A stretch of DNA of 64,000 bases from Halorutilales archaeon Cl-col2-1 (GTDB lineage Archaea; Halobacteriota; Halobacteria; Halobacteriales; Afararchaeaceae), in the NCBI GenBank assembly GCA_041891055.1, contig CP169074.1:1248001-1312000 (forward strand), in the 5' to 3' direction. Both the position numbers and the translations under genes were made by a program. Within the stretch, counting starts at the first letter, position 1. The number at the start of each line of letters is the position of its first letter. Shown here in pieces: positions 30,181 through 40,861 of this stretch. The notes under the pieces are model-generated. The model made no database searches, was not told where the DNA came from, and worked only from the letters and a program-made list of their open reading frames with translations.

Positions 30181-33100
30181 ATGGTAATTGAAGGTGCTAT
30201 CGCAAGTCTTCTAGTCGAAGTCGGTACTAACGCTGCCTCAAAGGCTTACGACTGGTACGACGACAGAGAACGGAGCAGCCGTATATCAGAAAACCTCAAC
30301 GACCTTGAAACTGAGTTCAACGACAGACTAGGTAAACGTATACAAGAGAGAGCAAACGACGACGACATAGACAGCACGAGCCTACTTCAGGTCGGATGGA
30401 AATGGAAAAATGTCGCCGACAGGGTGGACGTCTACGAACTCAGTTTTGAGGACGAGAGAGAAGCAGTAGACGAAATTACAGAGAGGATAGTTGAAACGGT
30501 AAATGCCGATACAGATACGTTCGGTGGAACAGAGCTCGACGAGAGTGATGAACAGGAGTTGCACGACATTCTTTCCGACGAATTCGCTGAAGCTACCGAA
30601 CAGTTCCGTGAAACAGTCGAAGGAAACCAAAAGCTACAGGACAAACTCCAGAACGACCTGAATGTCCAGATACTTGAGGAACTCAGAGAGATGCAGGAAT
30701 CGTTCGCAAGACTCAACGCGACACCGTACGACGTATACGACTTCCCCGAGGAACGTGACAAGATCCTCGAAAAGCTGGACAAGACATTCATCAAAGAGGA
30801 CGAAGCCCCTGAGTTCATCGAGAGAAACGACGGAACAGTACCCGACGACCACAAACCTGCTAAGCACTTCGTCGTCGGCCCGTCGGGTTCCGGTAAGAGC
30901 CGTATAGTCTTCGAGCGCTTAAAGCGTCTGTCGGACGACAGCCTGGCTCACATCATGGTACCTGACAAGGGCATGCTCTCACCATCAGATGCCTCGGGGC
31001 TGGCACGTGAGTCGTTCGACGGCGACTTACTGTTAGTCTGGGGGGACGTACACAGAGTAGCTCTGGATCAGGAAAATGCTTTCGTGAAAGACGTCCTGAC
31101 GAAGCTTGACGACGCACTCACAGAGCAGGGGCACAGTCTGCACACTCTCTTAGAGGCTCGCTCTGATAAGCTCGACAGCCTGACGGGGAACCTACCCGAT
31201 GACTTTAACAACGAGTTCTCGAAGAGCATCTGGACCGAGTATGAACCCATCTGGACAGAGGAACTCGATGAGGCAGTTCTGTACAGGATGGTAGGGGCAA
31301 TGGCGGAGAAGTACGGTGTCGAGATGGACGAAGAGGCACGCGATGCACTTGTCGAAAAGACCAACGACTCGAAGTCCGCACCGGAATATATAGACGCGGC
31401 ACTATCGACCGTACACGACGAGGATGGCGAACTGACTGTCGAAGACGTAGAAGAACTTTCGGAGACAGTCGAAGAAATGTGGCAGGAAAACTACGACTAC
31501 TTACGGGACGAATCCCCCAAGGAGTGGAATATTCTCCTCTCTATGAAGGCTCTCTACGACCTGAACGTGCTCCCGTACTCGCGCCTCGTTCGTTGCCTAT
31601 ACCTCGAGGTGTTTAACGGAGACAGGGGAGTGTTCAAGCCCGCGGTGAAATCCCTAAGCGACGGTCGACGGTGGGTAAACGTCGTGAGAGAAGGTAACTC
31701 CGCCGATGAAGTTCTAGAAGATGAGGTACGATACGAGATCCATGACACACAGCTTGACGCAGTGAGTTACAGCGCGAAGGACGACGCTGATGAGGTTTCG
31801 GAACTACTGCTCGATGAAACCGCCGACGCGGTTCCGCAGGAGATACAGGCTCGTGTACACTTCTTCGTGGGCAAGTCTCTTCACGAATGGGAGGTAGCTA
31901 AAAAGGCAGCAGTTCATTATGAGAGAAGCATAGCTATAGAGCCTAATACCATAGCCTACAACAACTATGGTATTCTTCTCCATAAGAAGTTAGACAGACC
32001 TGAGGACGCGGAAAAGAAGTATAAGAAAGCAATAAAACATGACCCCGAATACGCCATAGCCTACAACAACTATGGTCTTCTTCTCTATGAGAAGTTAGAC
32101 AGACCTGAGGACGCGGAAAAGAAGTATAAGAAAGCAATAAAACATGACCCCGAACACGCCATAGCCTACTACAACTATGGTAATCTTCTCGCTCGGGAGT
32201 TAGACAGACCTGAGGACGCGGAAAAGAAGTATAAGAAAGCAATAAAACACGACCCCGAATACGCCATAGCCTACACCAACTATGGTAGTCTTCTCGATGA
32301 GAAGTTAGACAGACCTGAGGACGCGGAAAAGAAGTATAAGAAAGCAATAAAACATGACCCCGAATACGCCGATGCCTACAACAACTATGGTAATCTTCTC
32401 TATGAGAAGTTAGACAGACCTGAGGACGCGGAAAAGAAGTATAAGAAAGCAATAAAACATGACCCCGAATACGCCATAGCCTACAACAACTATGGTAATC
32501 TTCTCTATGAGAAGTTAGACAGACCTGAGGACGCGGAAAAGAAGTATAAGAAAGCAATAAAACACGACCCCGAACACGCCAATGCCTACAACAACTATGG
32601 TAGTCTTCTCCATAAGAAGTTAGACAGACCTGAGGACGCGGAAAAGAAGTATAAGAAAGCAATAAAACATGACCCCGAATACGCCATAGCCTACAACAAC
32701 TATGGTAATCTTCTCTATGAGAAGTTAGACAGACCTGAGGACGCGGAAAAGAAGTATAAGAAAGCAATAAAACATGACCCCGAACACGCCGAACCCTACA
32801 ACAACTATGGTAATCTTCTCGATGAGAAGTTAGACAGACCTGAGGACGCGGAAAAGAAGTTTAAGAAAGCAATAAAACACGACCCCGAACACGCCAATGC
32901 CTACAACAACTATGGTATTCTTCTCGATGAGAAGTTAGACAGACCTGAGGACGCGGAAAAGAAGTTTAAGAAAGCAATAAAACACGACCCCGAATACGCC
33001 ATAGCCTACAACAACTATGGTCTTCTTCTCCATAAGAAGTTAGACAGACCTGAGGACGCGGAAAAGAAGTATAAGAAAGCAATAAAACATGACCCCGAAT

Positions 33101-34215
33101 ACGCCGATGCCTACAACAACTATGGTAATCTTCTCTATGAGAAGTTAGACAGACCTGAGGACGCGGAAAAGAAGTATAAGAAAGCAATAAAACACGACCC
33201 CGAAAACGCCGATGCCTACAACAACTATGGTAGTCTTCTCGATGAGAAGTTAGACAGACCTGAGGACGCGGAAAAGAAGTATAAGAAAGCAATAAAACAC
33301 GACCCCGAACACGCCAATGCCTACTACAACTATGGTAATCTTCTCTATGAGAAGTTAGACAGACCTGAGGACGCGGAAAAGAAGTATAAGAAAGCAATAA
33401 AACATGACCCCGAATACGCCGATGCCTACAACAACTATGGTAATCTTCTCTATGAGAAGTTAGACAGACCTGAGGACGCGGAAAAGAAGTTTAAGAAAGC
33501 AATAAAACACGACCCCGAATACGCCAATGCCTACAACAACTATGGTAGTCTTCTCCGTAAGAAGTTAGACAGACCTGAGGACGCGGAAAAGAAGTTTAAG
33601 AAAGCGATTAATCTATTCAGACAGAAGGGCAAAACTCAGCACCTTCTGGTCAGTCTGCGTGGCTTAGTCAGCCTGTCAATGGAGTTAGGACAATGGGAAA
33701 CAGTAACTGAAAACTGTGAACTTGCTCTCGAAGTACTCGAGGAAGCACCTCAACTCGACCCTGATGGGAGCGAACGCCTGTGGTTCAAGAGCATGAGAGT
33801 ACTGTCGAAAGAAGATACTATCGAGATTTATAGACACGGGCTTGAGAATGTCGAAGCGTCGCAAGGGAATATGGCTTTCCGCCTCTTTGAGCACGCTTGG
33901 GAGAGACGCGACGAACACGTCGATGGTTCACAGTCGTACAGCGCGGCGGTATCGGCGGGCGTCGCACTCGCGGCGCACTTAGATATGGGTGTAAAATCGT
34001 CGCGTACCGTTGACGGAATAATCGCCGAGATAGACGCCGACGACCTGTCAGGATCTCAGAAGGCTGTCTACGACGAAGTCCATCCAGATCGCGAGACGGA
34101 TGTGACGCCTAAGGGTATATTCGAATCTGCCGAACAGTACGAGAGTCTCGGTCTAGATGGAGCGGCTTTTGAGGCTCGGGTCTTCGGAAAGATACTCGGG
34201 GCTTTGAAATCGTGA
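30181..34215 (+). CDS. STAND/NLR-like P-loop protein with 16 highly conserved TPR units
   Basis: Helical N-terminal domain; Walker A VVGPSGSGKS; Walker B-like LLLVWGD; TPR array; C-terminal helical domain; 1344 aa. Confidence 0.8.
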   Translation: MVIEGAIASLLVEVGTNAASKAYDWYDDRERSSRISENLNDLETEFNDRLGKRIQERANDDDIDSTSLLQVGWKWKNVADRVDVYELSFEDEREAVDEITERIVETVNADTDTFGGTELDESDEQELHDILSDEFAEATEQFRETVEGNQKLQDKLQNDLNVQILEELREMQESFARLNATPYDVYDFPEERDKILEKLDKTFIKEDEAPEFIERNDGTVPDDHKPAKHFVVGPSGSGKSRIVFERLKRLSDDSLAHIMVPDKGMLSPSDASGLARESFDGDLLLVWGDVHRVALDQENAFVKDVLTKLDDALTEQGHSLHTLLEARSDKLDSLTGNLPDDFNNEFSKSIWTEYEPIWTEELDEAVLYRMVGAMAEKYGVEMDEEARDALVEKTNDSKSAPEYIDAALSTVHDEDGELTVEDVEELSETVEEMWQENYDYLRDESPKEWNILLSMKALYDLNVLPYSRLVRCLYLEVFNGDRGVFKPAVKSLSDGRRWVNVVREGNSADEVLEDEVRYEIHDTQLDAVSYSAKDDADEVSELLLDETADAVPQEIQARVHFFVGKSLHEWEVAKKAAVHYERSIAIEPNTIAYNNYGILLHKKLDRPEDAEKKYKKAIKHDPEYAIAYNNYGLLLYEKLDRPEDAEKKYKKAIKHDPEHAIAYYNYGNLLARELDRPEDAEKKYKKAIKHDPEYAIAYTNYGSLLDEKLDRPEDAEKKYKKAIKHDPEYADAYNNYGNLLYEKLDRPEDAEKKYKKAIKHDPEYAIAYNNYGNLLYEKLDRPEDAEKKYKKAIKHDPEHANAYNNYGSLLHKKLDRPEDAEKKYKKAIKHDPEYAIAYNNYGNLLYEKLDRPEDAEKKYKKAIKHDPEHAEPYNNYGNLLDEKLDRPEDAEKKFKKAIKHDPEHANAYNNYGILLDEKLDRPEDAEKKFKKAIKHDPEYAIAYNNYGLLLHKKLDRPEDAEKKYKKAIKHDPEYADAYNNYGNLLYEKLDRPEDAEKKYKKAIKHDPENADAYNNYGSLLDEKLDRPEDAEKKYKKAIKHDPEHANAYYNYGNLLYEKLDRPEDAEKKYKKAIKHDPEYADAYNNYGNLLYEKLDRPEDAEKKFKKAIKHDPEYANAYNNYGSLLRKKLDRPEDAEKKFKKAINLFRQKGKTQHLLVSLRGLVSLSMELGQWETVTENCELALEVLEEAPQLDPDGSERLWFKSMRVLSKEDTIEIYRHGLENVEASQGNMAFRLFEHAWERRDEHVDGSQSYSAAVSAGVALAAHLDMGVKSSRTVDGIIAEIDADDLSGSQKAVYDEVHPDRETDVTPKGIFESAEQYESLGLDGAAFEARVFGKILGALKS
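31951..33606 (+). repeat. Coding tandem repeat, 105-bp unit (35 aa), 15 full units plus one partial
   Basis: Unit starts at 31951, 32056 ... 33526, with an exact 105-bp period. Confidence 0.97.
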
Positions 34216-34283
34216 TCTTTCTTCGGCTCGGCTTTGTTTCCGACACGTACAACCGATCACTTTCTGGCTTGTTCTGGATAGTT

Positions 34284-35306
34284 GGCTCCATTGAATCACT
34301 AGACTGCGTCGGTGCGGGTCGGTAAATCAAAGGGGTTGAAGCGGGTAAGTAGTGGCTTGCATGAACCTTACAACCCGCTTCACTGAGGAGATGGTGTCGC
34401 TGGCCAAAAGTTATTGCGACGATCCCGACGAAGCTGCCTCCCCAGAAGGCGGCGGCAGCTTCGCGGAATACGCGATGATTCCCCTCCACAGGCTGCGAAT
34501 TTTCCTCGATGAGACCTACGAGATGATTATCGACCGGCTAGAGGTAATGCCGCCAATTCTGGAGATCGTCGGGCTCAAGACCGACGATCTTCCGCATCCA
34601 TCGACGTTGAATAAGTGCTTGATAGGATCGTAACGCAGGTCTGGCGCGTGCTGCTGCGCCACTCGGCGCAGCTGCACGCCCCATCGCCTCACGTCGCCGT
34701 TGACGCAACGTACTACGAGCGGTCACCGGCGAGCAAGCACTACTGCGACCGCACGAACTACCGCGTTCAGACGGTTGAAGCGACGAAACTCGTCGATACA
34801 GAGACGCAAGCGATCTTAGACGTGCATTGCACGACCACCCGAGAAGGAAGCGACGCAGAGGTCTGTGCGCAACTCGCCCGCCGGTACGCGGGCGAGTTGC
34901 AGACCCTTGCCGCAGACAAGGGCTATGATAGCCAACCGTTGCGTGACACCCTCCGAGAGATGGGCATACGTCCGCTCGTGAAACATCGCGTCTTCGCTCC
35001 GTACGACCACGCGCACAACGCACGAATCGAGGATGATCTCTACAATCAGCGCTCAATGACGGAGACAGTGAACTCGTCGGTCAAGCGCTCGTACGGCTCT
35101 GCCGTCCGAGCGCGTGAATGGTACCGTGAGTTCCGTGAGATCGTCCTGATGTGTCTCGTCTACAACATTGAAGGTGCTATTTCCTCTCCTACCTGCCAAC
35201 TTTGAGTGATTGAGTCGAATTCTCCTCGAAACTCCCCAATCAAAGCTGGGAGAGCTATCACAAGGTAGTAAGCAATTCCGCTTCACTCTGCGGATTCAAT
35301 AGGGCC
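34284..35306 (+). mobile_element. IS5-family (haloarchaeal ISH1/ISH9-like) element with frameshifted transposase
   Basis: Ends GGCTCCATTGAATC / GATTCAATAGGGCC. Transposase split between ORFs 34361-34633 and 34615-35205 (DATYY, ADKGYD, QRSMTETV); C-terminus aberrant. Confidence 0.88.
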
Positions 35307-35739
35307 GAATACTGATACTTGGCAAGAGAACATTTATTGCGAGATACCCAGCGATTATGGCAGCAATAACCCAGACTGGCGGGCCGAGGAAGGACAGTTT
35401 CGGGATATCCCAGTCACGCCCATCCTTTTATAGACTTCATAGAAGTATCTCTTGTCGAAGTCCATCCCGTTTGCGATGACTATCCTTTCGGTGCTGTCAC
35501 TCCCCTCATCGTCTGATGTTTTTCCTCTGGCACAATTATACAAATTTATATATACATAAAAATTTCCGCTGTTCTATCTAATTCTGACATTAGGAATAAC
35601 CGATACCCCCATTAAGTGTTTGATGTCAAGATAGTAGATATAGCGATTTTCTTTTATTCGTAACTTATGCACACTCGCTGTTAAGCTAAGTTAACTAACT
35701 GATGATAATATATAATTGGGAGGAATTAAAAGTAAAATT

Positions 35740-35991
35740 ATGCCGACTAAATCAGGAGGATCACATGCCCTAGCAAGCTTTGTCAGTATTCTAATGGGTG
35801 GAGTATTGGAGTCTTATCTGAGTATTCATGCTCCAGTTATTCATGGAATAACAGAGAAGTTTGGCTCATTTCTTATAGAACAAACGGGGTTACCAGTTAC
35901 TGAAAGAATTGCTGGCATACTGCTTATTACTATTATTCTATCTTTTATATGGGGTTTCTTTTATCATATAGGACGTCATGGTGGAAAATAG
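35740..35991 (+). CDS. Small two-TM membrane protein
   Basis: 83 aa from ATG 35740; two hydrophobic helices; first gene of the tubulin-like cluster. Confidence 0.7.
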   Translation: MPTKSGGSHALASFVSILMGGVLESYLSIHAPVIHGITEKFGSFLIEQTGLPVTERIAGILLITIILSFIWGFFYHIGRHGGK

Positions 35992-36036
35992 ATTAAGATT
36001 AATATTATGATGAATGAGCAAAGACTCTGAGAAGAT

Positions 36037-36381
36037 ATGACACAGAAAGACCCGAACCGGACAGTGGAAATTAACGAATACGGTGAATTTGATCTGCCAG
36101 AAGAGTTTGCAGAAGCTGAGGACTTCACTATACGATCTCCAGATCATACTCTCGATGTTGTAGATGGTGAGTCTATCAAAAAAGGGATATTTAGACCACC
36201 TCCAATTAATAAGCAAGAAGAAGTTCTAAACCCATCACTATCCCCTGATCTCGTATCTATTAAAATAGACGAAGGCGACCATGAGCCAATTCTTTTCAGG
36301 GTCGAAAATGCAAATGAATTGGATCCTGAGATTCTATCAGGCAAGATCAACGAAGAGATATTGAAAAAAGACAGGTCTTAG
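36037..36381 (+). CDS. Hypothetical protein
   Basis: 114-aa acidic ORF co-oriented with its neighbours. Confidence 0.65.
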   Translation: MTQKDPNRTVEINEYGEFDLPEEFAEAEDFTIRSPDHTLDVVDGESIKKGIFRPPPINKQEEVLNPSLSPDLVSIKIDEGDHEPILFRVENANELDPEILSGKINEEILKKDRS

Positions 36382-36442
36382 TTCTACTTACTCCAGAATT
36401 TCAGGGATAGTATTATTATGGCTAGTACTGTAATAGTCATTA

Positions 36443-36946
36443 ATGGGGCACCGTATACCAAATAGTAATCGAGTTGAAAGTGACGATATAAAGCCTGGTG
36501 CGGATCTTAGCGGCTTAGATCTCAGTTATTCAAAATTACGTGACGCAGAATTGAGGGGAGCAGACTTAAGAGAAGCTAACCTCAAATGTGCAGACTTGAG
36601 AGAAGCTAATCTAAAAGATGCTGATATGCGTGAGGCAGATATGAAAGAAATAGATCTTAGGGAAGCAAGCTTATATAAGGCTGATCTCCGAGAAGCAGAT
36701 CTATATAAAGCTGACCTCCGAGAAGCAGATCTATACAAAGCTGATCTTAGCGAAGCAGATCCTTATGAAGCCGATATTAGGGAAGCGGATTTAACTGGCG
36801 TTGACTTAACTGATGCTACTCTTTGGGAAGCAAATCTCAGTGAAAGTGATCTCCACAAAGCCCACTTGAGAGATGCGAACTTGAGTGGGGTCAAACTCAC
36901 AGGTGCAAACTTTGATGAATCAGAGATACCTGATGAGGTACTCTAA
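36443..36946 (+). CDS. Pentapeptide repeat protein
   Basis: Continuous A(D/N)LxE repeats, with 30-bp DNA-level duplications near 36680-36770. Confidence 0.88.
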   Translation: MGHRIPNSNRVESDDIKPGADLSGLDLSYSKLRDAELRGADLREANLKCADLREANLKDADMREADMKEIDLREASLYKADLREADLYKADLREADLYKADLSEADPYEADIREADLTGVDLTDATLWEANLSESDLHKAHLRDANLSGVKLTGANFDESEIPDEVL

Positions 36947-36988
36947 GTTACTAAGTCGGTAAATTAATAAAGAAGTGAGATAACCGTG

Positions 36989-37654
36989 ATGGATATGAAG
37001 GCAAGGAAAAAAAGAGTAGCAAGGGGTAGTATTTCTTTATTCTTGGTTATACTAGTTGTTTTCACTGTACTACCGATAGCATCTGCAGAGATGGATATTT
37101 CGTCTCAGACTGAGTATTCAGGTGGTGAAGAAGAATCAAACCAAGTCATAGAAACAGAAGTCACTATCTCTCCTGTTGGAAACAGAATAACTAATGCTAC
37201 AGTAGAAGTTGACCAAACCTCAAAGTCTTTCGTCGATTTTAATACATTCTCTGTTTCCGTTGACCCGGCAGGTGTTGAAGGGAGAGTAGATTCGTTAGGA
37301 AACGGAGAGTTTCAAATATCTGAACTTAGAACTGGAGAGCAAGTCACATTATCATATGAAGCATATCCTCGAAGTATAAAGAGCAGATCAGTTCCGGTCA
37401 GTACAGTAGACGTACAGTATGTACAAAGAGGACAGGATCTCTCAGAGGGAGCTACCATTGAGGCGAATCTTTCCTCATCACCTTGGTTCAGATTACAGGA
37501 AACACAAGAAGATCTTAACGACGTGAGATCTAATTCTACTAACTCCAAATGGATATTTATAGGAGGAGCAGTACTAGGTGTGATTGGGTTGTTATTAGCA
37601 GTAGCAGCAGCATTAAAATGTAGAGAGGGTATCAACGGAAGGGGAGGGATATAA
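36989..37654 (+). CDS. Secreted, C-terminally anchored beta-rich protein
   Basis: Signal peptide ending ASA, beta-rich core, short coil, C-terminal TM helix. Confidence 0.75.
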   Translation: MDMKARKKRVARGSISLFLVILVVFTVLPIASAEMDISSQTEYSGGEEESNQVIETEVTISPVGNRITNATVEVDQTSKSFVDFNTFSVSVDPAGVEGRVDSLGNGEFQISELRTGEQVTLSYEAYPRSIKSRSVPVSTVDVQYVQRGQDLSEGATIEANLSSSPWFRLQETQEDLNDVRSNSTNSKWIFIGGAVLGVIGLLLAVAAALKCREGINGRGGI

Positions 37655-37692
37655 TATGCAATTACTCTCATACGAAGAAGACATAAAACGAA

Positions 37693-37879
37693 GGCATTGG
37701 TGAATCAGCATACAGAGTAGATTCTAGTAATGACGAGAAAGTATACAGAATTCTCCAAACCGTCTATTTGAGTTTTCATCCAGGTTATCAGCTAAGATAG
37801 GTGGTTTCAGACGAGTTTAGCTCATAATTAGGTACTTAATCACTCCAATACCGATGACTCCTAATCATTCAACAAAGCC
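37693..37879. mobile_element. 187-bp MITE with IS5-type ends and perfect 8-bp target-site duplication
   Basis: Ends GGCATTGGTGAAT / ATTCAACAAAGCC, flanked by AAAACGAA at 37685-37692 and 37880-37887. Confidence 0.85.
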
Positions 37880-37945
37880 AAAACGAAGGAACACCCGTCG
37901 TTAATTATTTATCAATTAAACCTGTGTATTACTCTCAAAGAAAAG

Positions 37946-40861
37946 ATGAGTTATAAAAAAACTGACCCAACAGTAGTAATAGGTCTTGGGGGGGCCGGTT
38001 CCGGCATGGTTGCTGATGTAAGAGATCTTATCAGAAATGAAGTTATAAAAGGAGACAAAGAAATCGATAATAGGTTTCAGTATATAATTATTGATAGCGA
38101 TGATGAAAATCTAGACAAGATAGACACTAAAGCTGACGACGTGTCACGTATAAATATAGATAAAGGTACTATTGAAAGTGATATAGCAAGGCAGTCAATA
38201 GAAGAAGAAGAATACCATTATCTTCCGGAGGACAGTGATATAGAAGCTAGCCATTTAACAGGAAAGACTGGAACAGGGCAGCGTAGACCTGTTGGTAGAT
38301 ATTGTCTCCATTATAATCAAATACATGGTCAGGATAGTATACGCGAGAAGTTGTCTCAACGAATAGAAGGCTCCATAGAGAGCCTAATGGAGAACGTAGG
38401 AGATGAAAGTGTCAGCGATAACAATGCTCGTATCTGGATTCTGAATTCACTTTCTGGCGGTACAGGAAGTGGTATGTTTATCGATATAGCTGGAATGGTA
38501 AATGAGATAGTTGAAGGTGGTTTTGAGCCTGCTCCAAACACTATTACTTCCGGTGATTTTTCAATCATGGGAGTTGGTTCCCTGAATAAATGGGGGACAG
38601 GAGATATAAAGCAAGATTATATTGAAAATGGTTATACCGCTCTTGAGGACATAAAAAAGACAGTGGCAGGGAGCGACGGGGATGTTAAGCTTAGAATACC
38701 CGTTAATCAAGAAGATATCAAAGTACACGACTACCTCTTCGACGAGTATTTCTTACAGCCCATAAACTTTGACAAGGATTATAATAGCACAAAAGCTCCT
38801 GAATATAGAAGACAGCGTAATCGGGTTATAGGATCTTTAATACTCTCCTATGCCATCAGCTCTTCAACAGAAGATATAGCTGCTGATTTCAATAGTGATA
38901 GAGATTACAATATAAACTGGCTAACCGGATATGAAGTAAAAGCTCCAATGTCGGGTATCTATATGTACTCTTCTATGGAAAGTGCTATTGAGAGCGGGAA
39001 AACTCAAGTAGAGAAGGTAGATAAATCGATATCTGCCTATGAATCAGATATCAGTGATATATCTAATGCGATGGATGTCTCAGTACACGGCCCTCAAGGA
39101 AACGAAGACCAGGATATTGAGAAGAAAGATAATGACTGGAGAGCAAGAATAGAGGACGTTTTAGCAAACGCCGATGGGGATTCTAAAGTAGCTGCTGATT
39201 CTTCCGAGATCTCCATGGATACCAGTGACTGGAGTCCTCATTTAAGAAAGAAATTAGACCAGGTAATAGAGTATGCGAGAAAAGAAATATCTCATCTAGG
39301 TGGCGACTCAGACAAGGAAGACATCAATGAAGCAAAAAAACGTGTGGTAAAGGAAACGAGAATCTCTGGGGCAGATAACCAAAACACAGATGATCTTTAC
39401 TACGAAGGGGGGAAAGAAGAGGACGCTATAGCTGAGTATCTCTTTTTACAATTAGCTGCTAGACATATAGCGGAGAATCTGACTGCACACGAGATCTATG
39501 AATACTTACCTCCAGAAGCAGAGTGGGTTGATGAGTTACATAATACAGTTGCTGGAGAGAAACTAGGTAACAAGCCTAGCTATCAGATACTTGGACCTAT
39601 GCGTCAAGCCGAAGAGATAGGGGAAGAATTCTGGGAGTATTATAAAGAGAATAACCCTCGTGGTATTGGAATACTTACCTCATACATAGGGATACCGTTC
39701 ACTAACCTCGGTACGGGAACTTGGAAAAGGAGGAAAATCTGCAACCGCCTTAAAGCATGGCTACAGACTATGTATAAATCGGAAGACGGGGAGATATCGC
39801 CAACAGATGAGAAATACTATTCAGGTTCGCTGCGTGACTACCATGAACTCTATACTGCATATAAAGGAATAGTCAGTGATATGGAAGAATCCTACGAAAA
39901 GGTTGGAAGTATAAAGAAAGAATACAATAATATAATAGATATTTTAGAAAGAGTGAAGAATAGAATAGAGACTGACCTTGACAGATACGAATCAAGAAAG
40001 GAGAAAGTAGAGGAAAGCATCACCTCTAATGAAGTGGAACCATTTGCTAATAACAGGCATGCTGCTTCTGTAGACTTACCTGTGAATATAGAGAATATAG
40101 ATCAAAATGTGAAAAAAACGTCTAGAAAATACTTTGAAGAGTATGAGGGCGTGAAGAAAGCAGTAATTAGGAAGTATAATCTCTCTGAGGACAGCATAGA
40201 AGACTTAGGTATAACGAAAGAGTATGATCTGGACTTGGAAGAAGGGGAGATTAACCCAGACAGGTATGATCTTGGTGGATCCGTGAGTATTGATTGGGAG
40301 TTTGATACAGCTAATACGAAGAGAAGCATATACAGACTGTATAGTGAGTTTGATCTCTTTGACGAGATTGATATATCTCAATCATTCAACAGGGCTATGA
40401 ATGGGGTTAGTAACTTTGACATGTCAGATATAAATGATGCTCTCAATCCTGATCAAACGACAGAGAAAATGATGTTACAATGGGAGGAAGATAACAGGAA
40501 CCTTGCAGAAGATATTACTGCAGGCAATCAACCACTTGAAGATACAATAAATAAATTAGACTATGGTGAGATTCTTATGAGAGATCCGTATCGTGTCTGG
40601 ATGACAGTTGCATATTCAGGTCTTGACGAGCTAGAATACATGAGTGAATACATGCGTATTAGAGCATTATATACAAATATGGATGAAAATGATCTTGATA
40701 TAGAGTTAGATCTAGAAGATGATCTCTCTGACCTTGGATTAGATAAAAAAGGAGTATCAGAAGCGTTCGCGTATCCTGAACTACATGCTGAAGACAACGA
40801 TCTTTTAGAAAGTATGTTGGATATTCACTCAACTAATTGGATAGAGGAAAATGGAGTATGA
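37946..40861 (+). CDS. Tubulin-like (Tubulin_2-type) GTPase domain protein
   Basis: VVIGLGGAG, IIDSD, GTGQRRPVGR, NSLSGGTGSGMFID signature; long helical/coiled-coil tail; 971 aa. Confidence 0.88.
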   Translation: MSYKKTDPTVVIGLGGAGSGMVADVRDLIRNEVIKGDKEIDNRFQYIIIDSDDENLDKIDTKADDVSRINIDKGTIESDIARQSIEEEEYHYLPEDSDIEASHLTGKTGTGQRRPVGRYCLHYNQIHGQDSIREKLSQRIEGSIESLMENVGDESVSDNNARIWILNSLSGGTGSGMFIDIAGMVNEIVEGGFEPAPNTITSGDFSIMGVGSLNKWGTGDIKQDYIENGYTALEDIKKTVAGSDGDVKLRIPVNQEDIKVHDYLFDEYFLQPINFDKDYNSTKAPEYRRQRNRVIGSLILSYAISSSTEDIAADFNSDRDYNINWLTGYEVKAPMSGIYMYSSMESAIESGKTQVEKVDKSISAYESDISDISNAMDVSVHGPQGNEDQDIEKKDNDWRARIEDVLANADGDSKVAADSSEISMDTSDWSPHLRKKLDQVIEYARKEISHLGGDSDKEDINEAKKRVVKETRISGADNQNTDDLYYEGGKEEDAIAEYLFLQLAARHIAENLTAHEIYEYLPPEAEWVDELHNTVAGEKLGNKPSYQILGPMRQAEEIGEEFWEYYKENNPRGIGILTSYIGIPFTNLGTGTWKRRKICNRLKAWLQTMYKSEDGEISPTDEKYYSGSLRDYHELYTAYKGIVSDMEESYEKVGSIKKEYNNIIDILERVKNRIETDLDRYESRKEKVEESITSNEVEPFANNRHAASVDLPVNIENIDQNVKKTSRKYFEEYEGVKKAVIRKYNLSEDSIEDLGITKEYDLDLEEGEINPDRYDLGGSVSIDWEFDTANTKRSIYRLYSEFDLFDEIDISQSFNRAMNGVSNFDMSDINDALNPDQTTEKMMLQWEEDNRNLAEDITAGNQPLEDTINKLDYGEILMRDPYRVWMTVAYSGLDELEYMSEYMRIRALYTNMDENDLDIELDLEDDLSDLGLDKKGVSEAFAYPELHAEDNDLLESMLDIHSTNWIEENGV

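Noticed and set aside
31951-33606. CRISPR array
   Set aside because: The period is an in-frame 105 bp with no unique spacers. It encodes TPRs, and no cas genes are present.
31951-33606. DGR-type adenine mutagenesis of the TPR codons
   Set aside because: Variants such as AAT/ATT/AGT/CTT fit an A-template, but most adenines in the unit are invariant, the same alleles recur, and no reverse transcriptase or template repeat is in the window. Repeat shuffling is the simpler explanation.
35355-35543. 62-aa ORF next to the IS end
   Set aside because: No recognisable motif. Possibly a gene remnant, but unsupported.
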